Source: an uncultured bacterium | Lineage (GTDB): Bacteria > Chlamydiota > Chlamydiia > Chlamydiales > SM23-39 | DNA: 64,000 nucleotides | Reading direction: 5' to 3' | NCBI GenBank assembly: GCA_963716985.1 | Contig: OY970323.1 | Coordinates: forward strand, 1,344,001 to 1,408,000 | Shown here: positions 57,144-64,000 of the stretch, in pieces | Layout: every line of letters begins with the position of its first letter | Numbering within the stretch: the stretch's first letter is position 1 | Notes under the pieces: model-generated | The model's database searches: none | Told to the model about the DNA's origin: nothing | Seen by the model: only the letters and a program-made list of their open reading frames with translations | Position numbers and translations under genes: made by a program

Positions 57144-59363
57144 ATGAATGAGATCATCGGTTTTGTCGACCACATCCTCTTTTCCAATCCAGAAAATGGA
57201 TTCATAGTCGCAAAACTCAAAGAAAGCCATAAAAAAGAGCTCACCCTCGTCGTGGGCCCTATGCCCTCCGTTCAGCCGGGAGAAACCCTTCTTTGCCAGG
57301 GCACTTGGAAAAACCACCCGACTCATGGGAAACAGTTCGAAGTCTCTTCCTATTCCGTCCGCTCGCCATCCGATCTTGCAGGAATTCAAAAATACTTGGA
57401 ATCGGGACTCATCAAAGGGATCGGCCCCGTATTTTCCAAAAAAATCGTAGATAAATTCGGTCTCGACACCCTGGTCATTCTCGACCAGCAAATGGAGCGT
57501 TTGAAAGAAATCCAGGGCATCGGGAAAAAAAAGATCGAAAAAATCCAAGAATGCTGGGCGCAGCAAAAGTCGATACGGGAGGTGATGATCTTTCTTAGAT
57601 CCTTCGAGATCAGCCCCTCTTTTGCGCAAAAGATCTTCAAACGCTATGGAGACCAGAGTTTAGAAAAGATCAAAGAAAATCCCTTTGCCTTGGCCCAGGA
57701 AATCTTCGGCATCGGATTTAAAAGTGCAGATAAAATTGCCCAAAAGATGGGATTTACTCTCACCGATCCCAAGCGGATCTTCTCAGGCATCCAATATGTT
57801 TTGTGGGAGATGACCAATGACGGGCATACCTGCGGACTCGAAAAGGAATTTTTGGAGAAGGCGGAAAAAACTCTTCTTATAGAAAAAAAACTGATCCAAG
57901 AGATGATCGACAAAATGGTGCTGGACAACCAGCTCGTGCGGCAAGAACTTCTTTTCAATGGTATCCCCCAAAATTTTCTCTGGCTTAAACCTTTTTTTTA
58001 TTCGGAAGAGGGAATTGCAAAAGAACTTGCTCGCTTAAAAAATGCGCCCTCGAAAATACGAAAGATGGATGTGAGCAAAGCCATCGATTGGGTGCAAAAA
58101 AAGCTTCATATCCAATTTGCAAATGCGCAAATCGAGGGAATTAAAAAAAGCATCTCTGAAAAATTCCACATCATCACCGGAGGCCCCGGAACCGGCAAGA
58201 GCACCATCATCAACGCCATTCTCACCATCACCGAAAAAATCACCGATCAGATCGTGCTCGCAGCGCCGACCGGAAGAGCGGCCAAACGCATGAGCCAAAT
58301 CACAAGAAGAAGAGCCCAAACCATCCATAGCCTTTTAGAATATGATTTTGGGACAAAGGGATTTCGAAAAAATAAAAACAATCCCCTGAAGGGCCATCTT
58401 TTCATCATCGATGAATGCAGCATGATCGATACCCTTCTCATGTTTCACCTGGTCAGGGCGCTCCCCCCTGACGCCAGACTGATCCTTGTCGGCGATATTG
58501 ACCAGCTGCCCAGCGTGGGCGCCGGACAGGTGCTTAAAGACCTGATCATCTCCCATATCTGCCCGGTCACGCAACTCGTCGAAATCTTTCGGCAGGCCGC
58601 CGGATCTACCATCATTTTGAACGCCCATAAAATCAACAGGGGAGAGTTTCCGATTCTCGGTGCAGAGCAGTGGAGCGACTTTCAATTTTTTGAGGTCCAG
58701 GAACCTCTTGCGATTCAAAAGAAAATCCTGTCTCTAGTTTCGCAAGAATTGCCCCAATCTAAAAAGTTTCACCCCATCAATGACATTCAGGTTCTTTCCC
58801 CCATGAAAAAAGGGCCGCTCGGAACCGAATCTTTGAACCTCCTTCTGCAAAACGAATTGAATCCCTCCAACACGCCATTTTTCCGCGGCGGTCAGCGCTT
58901 TCACGTGGGCGATAAGGTCATGCAGATCCGCAATAACTACAATAAAGAAGTATTCAATGGCGATATCGGAAGGATTGTTCGCATCGACGTTAGCGAACAG
59001 ATACTTGAAGTGACCTTTGATGAGAGACGGGTCGGCTATGAGTTCCATGAGCTCGAAGAGCTCTCTCTTTCCTATGCCGTTTCCGTCCATAAGTATCAGG
59101 GCAGCGAGTGTCCTTGCATCGTCATGCCCATTCACGTCTGCCACTTCAAGCTTCTCTATCGCAATCTTCTCTACACAGCAGTGACAAGGGGGAAAAAACG
59201 GGTGGTCCTTGTGGGGACAAAACAGGCCATTGCCATGACGATCAAAAATAAAGATGTACAAAATCGCTATACGGGCCTGCAATCTGCTCTCAATCGAAAC
59301 TCTCTTCTTACGGCAGAAGATGGCCTTCCTTATGAAATGATGCTTCCGGGCTTTAAAGATTGA
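57144..59363 (+). CDS. recD2: ATP-dependent RecD-like helicase RecD2
   Basis: HhH IKGIGP, Walker A GGPGTGKS, APTGRAAK, DECSM, VHKYQGSE; start MNEIIG. Confidence 0.95.
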   Translation: MNEIIGFVDHILFSNPENGFIVAKLKESHKKELTLVVGPMPSVQPGETLLCQGTWKNHPTHGKQFEVSSYSVRSPSDLAGIQKYLESGLIKGIGPVFSKKIVDKFGLDTLVILDQQMERLKEIQGIGKKKIEKIQECWAQQKSIREVMIFLRSFEISPSFAQKIFKRYGDQSLEKIKENPFALAQEIFGIGFKSADKIAQKMGFTLTDPKRIFSGIQYVLWEMTNDGHTCGLEKEFLEKAEKTLLIEKKLIQEMIDKMVLDNQLVRQELLFNGIPQNFLWLKPFFYSEEGIAKELARLKNAPSKIRKMDVSKAIDWVQKKLHIQFANAQIEGIKKSISEKFHIITGGPGTGKSTIINAILTITEKITDQIVLAAPTGRAAKRMSQITRRRAQTIHSLLEYDFGTKGFRKNKNNPLKGHLFIIDECSMIDTLLMFHLVRALPPDARLILVGDIDQLPSVGAGQVLKDLIISHICPVTQLVEIFRQAAGSTIILNAHKINRGEFPILGAEQWSDFQFFEVQEPLAIQKKILSLVSQELPQSKKFHPINDIQVLSPMKKGPLGTESLNLLLQNELNPSNTPFFRGGQRFHVGDKVMQIRNNYNKEVFNGDIGRIVRIDVSEQILEVTFDERRVGYEFHELEELSLSYAVSVHKYQGSECPCIVMPIHVCHFKLLYRNLLYTAVTRGKKRVVLVGTKQAIAMTIKNKDVQNRYTGLQSALNRNSLLTAEDGLPYEMMLPGFKD

Positions 59364-61357
59364 AGAAACGGCAGCTCCATCTCGTCGTTAAAGCTTCCGG
59401 CCAAGATCATTCCCCGGCTTTCTACTCCCATCAAAGTGACGGGCTTCAGATTGGCGACCACGACCACTTTTTTTCCAATCAAGGCTTCCGCTTCGAAGTG
59501 CTGGGCAATCCCGGAAACAATTTGTCTCTTTTCAAATCCAAGATCCACTTCCAGCTGAAAAAGTTTTTTGGCTTTTGGGATGGGCGCTGCTTTCAAAATC
59601 TGACCCACGCGAAGATCGATCTTATCAAAATCTTCGATGGAAACAGCGTCTCTTACCGCCGGAAAAGATTCTTTTTGCACGCTGCTTTTAAGTTTTTTGA
59701 TCTCCGCTTCAATTTCGCTATCTTCGACCTTACGGAACAAAATTTGGGCTTTGCCTAAATGATCATTGGGTTTTAAGAGCCTTTCTTTGACCCCGTCCCA
59801 GGACTCTTCCGCAAGAAGATGTTTCCTGCCCAGCATATCCCAGATCTTTTGCGAAGACTCCGGAATAATCGGAAAAGCGATCAGACCTAAACTCTGAATA
59901 CATTGAAGACAGCAATAGATCACGGAAAACATACGCTCTTTTTTCTGCGGATCCTTAGCAAGAAGCCAAGGTTTGTGGAAGTCGAAGTAGACGTTGCCAA
60001 CCGAAGCTAGTTCCATCAAAACTTGACTTCCTCTTCGCAGCTGAAAATTTGCAAAAGCATCTTTTGCAAGATCCACATGCCGCCGGATCTCTTTTAGAAA
60101 TTGTCTATCTTCGGTATTTAAAGCAGGATTGGGGACTTTATTTTCACAATGATTTTGCGCAAAGACAAGCGTTCGGTTTATAAAATTTCCCAGCTTGCCC
60201 AAAAGCTCGCTATTGCAGCGAATTTGAAAATCCTTCCAAGAGAACTCGGTATCGGAGGTCTCGGGGGCATTTGCAGCTAAATAGTAGCGAATCTGATCGC
60301 TTGTATATTTATTAAAAAAGTCGTCGAGATCGATAAACCAGTTGTCCGACTTGGAAAAACGCTTGCCCTCCAAGGTAAAAAATTCATTGGCAGGAACCTC
60401 ATCGGGTAATTTGTATTCCAGAGTTTGCCCCATGAGCATGGCGGGGAAAAAGAGCGTATGGAAAGGGATGTTGTCCTTCCCGATGAAATGGACAAGTTTG
60501 GTTGAGGGATCGAGCCAATATTTTTTCCAAAGATCGGGATTTCCTTCTACCTTTTCCGCCCATTCCTTCACTGCGGAAATATACCCGATCGGAGCATCAA
60601 ACCAGACGTAAAAGACCTTTCCTTCCGTTCCCTTTAAGGGAATAGGAACTCCCCATGTGGAATCTCTTGTGATGCCGCGGGGGTGCAGATCATCTAGGTA
60701 ATTCTTTGTAAAGGCCATCACATTGCTTTTCCAATTCTTTTTCGCAAGCCAATGGGTAAGTCTTTCCTTAAAAAGATCGAATCGATAGTACCAGTGTCTG
60801 CTCGGCTTCAAAACTAGAGAGGAACCCGTCAGTTTCGATTTTGGGTTCTTTAAATCGGTCGCTTCATAGGTCGATCCGCATTTTGTGCATTCATCGCCTC
60901 TTGCGCTTTCATGCCCGCATTTCGGACAGGTGCCAACAACATAACGATCGGCTAAAAATCGTTTTTCTTCTTCGGAGTAGAGATGGTTTTCAATCTTCTC
61001 TTCCACAAATCCATTTTTGAGCAAAACCTCAAAAAATTCCTGTACGGTTTTTGCATGCCCCTCCCAAGTCGTTCGAGAATAATGATCAAAAGAAAAATTC
61101 AGCTGCCGAAAAATCTCTTGATTGAGCGCATGATAGATCTCGACATGTTCTCGTGGAGATCTGTTGGCAAGCTCGGCACTTAAAGCGATCGCAATTCCAT
61201 ACTCATCAGACCCGCTGATATAAAGAACATCGTTTCCTAAAAGTCTTTCGAACCTGGCATAGCAATCGGCCGGCAAATAGGCCCCTGCAATATGCCCAAA
61301 ATGAAGAGAGCCATTGGCGTAAAGAAGCGCCGATGTAATGAGAATTCGCTCTGCCAT
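59330..61357 (-). CDS. metG: Methionyl-tRNA synthetase
   Basis: YANGSLHFGH, Zn knuckles, YVWFDAPIGY, RFSKS, C-terminal tRNA-binding domain. Confidence 0.97.
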   Translation of the reverse strand: MAERILITSALLYANGSLHFGHIAGAYLPADCYARFERLLGNDVLYISGSDEYGIAIALSAELANRSPREHVEIYHALNQEIFRQLNFSFDHYSRTTWEGHAKTVQEFFEVLLKNGFVEEKIENHLYSEEEKRFLADRYVVGTCPKCGHESARGDECTKCGSTYEATDLKNPKSKLTGSSLVLKPSRHWYYRFDLFKERLTHWLAKKNWKSNVMAFTKNYLDDLHPRGITRDSTWGVPIPLKGTEGKVFYVWFDAPIGYISAVKEWAEKVEGNPDLWKKYWLDPSTKLVHFIGKDNIPFHTLFFPAMLMGQTLEYKLPDEVPANEFFTLEGKRFSKSDNWFIDLDDFFNKYTSDQIRYYLAANAPETSDTEFSWKDFQIRCNSELLGKLGNFINRTLVFAQNHCENKVPNPALNTEDRQFLKEIRRHVDLAKDAFANFQLRRGSQVLMELASVGNVYFDFHKPWLLAKDPQKKERMFSVIYCCLQCIQSLGLIAFPIIPESSQKIWDMLGRKHLLAEESWDGVKERLLKPNDHLGKAQILFRKVEDSEIEAEIKKLKSSVQKESFPAVRDAVSIEDFDKIDLRVGQILKAAPIPKAKKLFQLEVDLGFEKRQIVSGIAQHFEAEALIGKKVVVVANLKPVTLMGVESRGMILAGSFNDEMELPFLQSLKPGSIIS

Positions 61358-61372
61358 GAAAGACCCCGGAAT

Positions 61373-61567
61373 TTATTTTCTTTCGGAAAAATCTTGTTTT
61401 TTGGGATAGAGCTGGATGAGCTCTTCGATCAACTCTCCCACGCTTTTCGGTGTCGATGCGCGTATGTGCTCCTTGGCCATTTGGATCGCAATGTTGATCA
61501 TTTCGAAATTGTTTTTAAATCGGCCTTTCAAACGCTCGTTGGTCAAAAATTGTGCAACCGCTGTCAT
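61373..61567 (-). CDS. rpoZ: RNA polymerase omega subunit (short chlamydial type)
   Basis: LTNERL..RFKNNFEMINIAI; located between gmk and metG. Confidence 0.7.
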   Translation of the reverse strand: MTAVAQFLTNERLKGRFKNNFEMINIAIQMAKEHIRASTPKSVGELIEELIQLYPKKQDFSERK

Positions 61568-62166
61568 TTTTCCACTCCTTTTTTTCTCGTTCGATGCTCT
61601 TCGGCAATAAAAATTGCACGAAGAACCTGATAGGCTATCTCTAAATCTTCGTTGACAATGAGATAGTCATAATGTTTTGCCGCCTTCATCTCCTCTTTGG
61701 CCCATTCGAGCCTTTTTTCGATCATCTCGCCGGATTCTGTTTTGCGAGACATAAGGCGTCTTTTCAACTCTCCCAAGGAAGGAGGCTCGATAAAGATGAA
61801 GACTCCCTCGACTTTCTTCTTTAAAAAGAGAGCTCCTTGGGTATCGATCACCAAAACTACATGCCTGCCCTCTTTTTGCGATTTTTGGATTTCTGCTTTT
61901 GACGTACCATAATCATGGTCGAACACATGGGCATGCTCTAAAAATTCATCACCCTCTACTTTTTTTCGAAAAACCTTAAGTGAAACAAAATGATAGTGCA
62001 CGCCATTCTCTTCCCCTATGCGAGGAGGTCGTGTAGTGAACGATACGCTCTCCGTGACGCAATGAAACTCTCTCTTCAAGCGATCGACCAGCGTGTTTTT
62101 TCCCGTTCCGGCAGGAGCGCTGATGACAAATAAAAGTCCTTTTTTCTGATTTCCTAAAAGTTTCAT
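61564..62166 (-). CDS. gmk: Guanylate kinase
   Basis: APAGTGKNT, SFTTRPPRIGE..GVHYHFV, YGT, IDTQGA. Confidence 0.96.
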   Translation of the reverse strand: MKLLGNQKKGLLFVISAPAGTGKNTLVDRLKREFHCVTESVSFTTRPPRIGEENGVHYHFVSLKVFRKKVEGDEFLEHAHVFDHDYGTSKAEIQKSQKEGRHVVLVIDTQGALFLKKKVEGVFIFIEPPSLGELKRRLMSRKTESGEMIEKRLEWAKEEMKAAKHYDYLIVNEDLEIAYQVLRAIFIAEEHRTRKKGVEK

Positions 62167-63044
62167 TCGATGTTTTGCACCTGTTCCCGAATTTTTTCAA
62201 GCTCGCTTTTTATCTCAATAGACCTTCGCGAGACTAAAGCATCAGAGGTTTTGGATCCGATCGTATTAATCTCCCTGTGGAATTCTTGTAAGAAAAATTC
62301 CAATTTTCTTCCGATGGGCTGCTCTTTAACCTTAAAAAGAGCCTCTACCTGAGATAGGTGGGAGCGAAAACGAACGATCTCTTCCGTGATATCGATCTTT
62401 TCCGCAAAAAGCACCACCTCTTTTAAAAGACGCTCCTCATCGGAAGGCTTTGTAAAATATTCTCCAACCCTCTGCAAAAGTTTTTCTCGGTACTGAGAAA
62501 CGCTTGTCTTGGATAGCTTTTCTATCTCATCGATCCACTTTTCACATTTTTTCAGCCTGGTTTTGATATCCTTAAGGAGCAACGCTCCCTCTTTTTCCTT
62601 CATCGCCACGAGCGCATCGATCAGCCGATCCACGAAGGAAAAGAGGTTTTTTTTCACCTGTTCATCTTCAGAAACGCTCTCGGGAAAAGAAACTTCTTTC
62701 GCCTGCTGGGCCAAAAAGAAAAGATCCACGCTTTTTTTATCCAATCCAAGAAGACGCGCCCTCTCTTCCCAACCCTTCTTGAGAGTTTTTAGGAAACCCG
62801 TCTCGGGTAAAAAGGAGAGAAGCTCAGGTTTGTGTGGAAAAAAAAAGATCCGAAGGGATACTTGTCCGCGAGAGATCTCTTCCGATATTTTTTTTCTCAA
62901 ATCCATTTCATAGCGAAAAAATTCTTTGGGAAGAAAAAGACTCACTTCGAAAAATTTTTTATTCAAAGAGGCAATTTCTCCAACGAACTGGCCCTCTTTT
63001 GTCTGGACCGCCAAACGGCTAAAACCTGTCATGCTTCGAGGCAT
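62163..63044 (-). CDS. yicC: YicC/YloC-family endoribonuclease
   Basis: SMTGF, DITEEIVRF, GRKLEFFLQE..REINTIGSK, EKIREQVQNIE. Confidence 0.93.
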   Translation of the reverse strand: MPRSMTGFSRLAVQTKEGQFVGEIASLNKKFFEVSLFLPKEFFRYEMDLRKKISEEISRGQVSLRIFFFPHKPELLSFLPETGFLKTLKKGWEERARLLGLDKKSVDLFFLAQQAKEVSFPESVSEDEQVKKNLFSFVDRLIDALVAMKEKEGALLLKDIKTRLKKCEKWIDEIEKLSKTSVSQYREKLLQRVGEYFTKPSDEERLLKEVVLFAEKIDITEEIVRFRSHLSQVEALFKVKEQPIGRKLEFFLQEFHREINTIGSKTSDALVSRRSIEIKSELEKIREQVQNIE

Positions 63045-63176
63045 CGGCTTTTCTCTGGTAAATACTTTAAAAACCATGCCAGATCTTATCTGGAAATTCC
63101 CTCTAAAGCAAGAGTTTCGTGAAAAGGCGCCTTTTTTTAAAAAATAGTTTATGATGATAAGGAAGAAGAAACAAAA

Positions 63177-63611
63177 ATGGCAAACTATAAAACACACATC
63201 CGATTTAATCTTTTCCTGGCCCTTCCCACCTTGTTGGGCATATCATGGGTTGTGGCGCATCCGACCTTTCAGATGCTGCTGCTCTTCTCTGCGGTTTTTG
63301 CCTATGCCACCTTTTTTTTCAACCCCGATCTGGATTTGGCCGCTCGGATCAAGCTTTTTTCTTTGAGAGGAATCTTAACGCTCCCTTTTCGCGTCTATTC
63401 GATGATCTTTCGCCATCGAGGCATTTCCCACCACCCGCTTTTCGGCACGCTCACGCGTCTTGTCTGGTTTGGAGGATTATTCTATGCCGTTTTGGCTCTC
63501 TTTTTTTCCATAAAAAACCCAAGCTTTGTTCTTCTCGATTACCAGCAAGAGCTCATTTTTGGAGCCTCTGCCATTTTTTGCGCAGATTTGTGCCATCTTC
63601 TTTTGGACTAA
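63177..63611 (+). CDS. DUF2227-like metal-binding membrane protein
   Basis: YKTH, PDLDL, HRGISH.P..GTLTR, HLLLD. Confidence 0.8.
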   Translation: MANYKTHIRFNLFLALPTLLGISWVVAHPTFQMLLLFSAVFAYATFFFNPDLDLAARIKLFSLRGILTLPFRVYSMIFRHRGISHHPLFGTLTRLVWFGGLFYAVLALFFSIKNPSFVLLDYQQELIFGASAIFCADLCHLLLD

Positions 63612-64000
63612 ATAGATTCCGAATGTAGAGAAAGTTTTCCCTGCGACATCGAGGCGACCACACGCGTCATTGCCGGCACTTCGATTCGATGGTTTTTTTC
63701 GAAAACCACCCCCTCGGCAACAAATTCCGCACGCTCATGCAAAAGGACGTGCAAAGCTTCGTTTCTTTTGATCCGATTCTTCCAATAGACATTGCAAGCA
63801 TTTCTATCGAAGCCTTCATTTAAAACGCGCACGTTTTTTAAAAGACATCTTCCTAAAAGAGCTTTTTTCCCCTCGCCTTTTGTCTGAATGATGAGACTTC
63901 CTTGGATTTCTGTGTTTTCCATGAAAAGATCGCCAAGTTCCAAGTGGAGCTCAGATCCATAAAAAAGTTTGCCCTTCCGAATCTTCTTCTGAATCTCGGA
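63608..64000 (-). CDS. 3' part of a UGP3-like UTP--glucose-1-phosphate uridylyltransferase (runs off the window)
   Basis: GRCLLKNVRVLNEG...NVYWKN..KR.EAL.V.LH..AEF.A...F...HRIEVP resembles, from recall, the plastid UGP3 C-terminus. Confidence 0.65.
   Translation of the reverse strand, partial: SEIQKKIRKGKLFYGSELHLELGDLFMENTEIQGSLIIQTKGEGKKALLGRCLLKNVRVLNEGFDRNACNVYWKNRIKRNEALHVLLHERAEFVAEGVVFEKNHRIEVPAMTRVVASMSQGKLSLHSESI

Noticed and set aside
1..64000. CRISPR array or integron cassette array
   Set aside because: Repeats are dispersed and TIR-bounded, not regularly spaced; no cas or intI gene; no convincing attC after the TA modules.

Overview
A 64-kb chromosomal segment, most likely from an environmental member of the Chlamydiota. 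Support: gmk-rpoZ-metG next to recD2, a plant-UGP3-like pyrophosphorylase, and several Lpg1974/MOMP-like porins. It carries anaerobic metabolism genes: a three-gene multimeric [FeFe]-hydrogenase (hydB-hydA-hydC) divergent from ppsA, a flavodiiron protein with a rubredoxin missed by the ORF track, and aspartate 4-decarboxylase. The accessory layer is dense. There are three copies of a 265-bp MITE (20-bp TIR, 6-bp TSD) and three copies of a 102-bp fold-back MITE at CTAG sites, one of which cuts the beta-signal off an outer-membrane protein. An intact IS50/Tn5-like element is nested in a decayed IS3. Three type II toxin-antitoxin modules lie near 11-bp-period direct repeats, two of them beside the 3' end of an RNA gene (tRNA-Asn and a candidate 6S-like RNA). 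A membrane protein carries a eukaryote-like ubiquitin domain. No CRISPR array, rRNA, integrase or prophage was seen. All calls come from reading the sequence by eye; no database searches were run.
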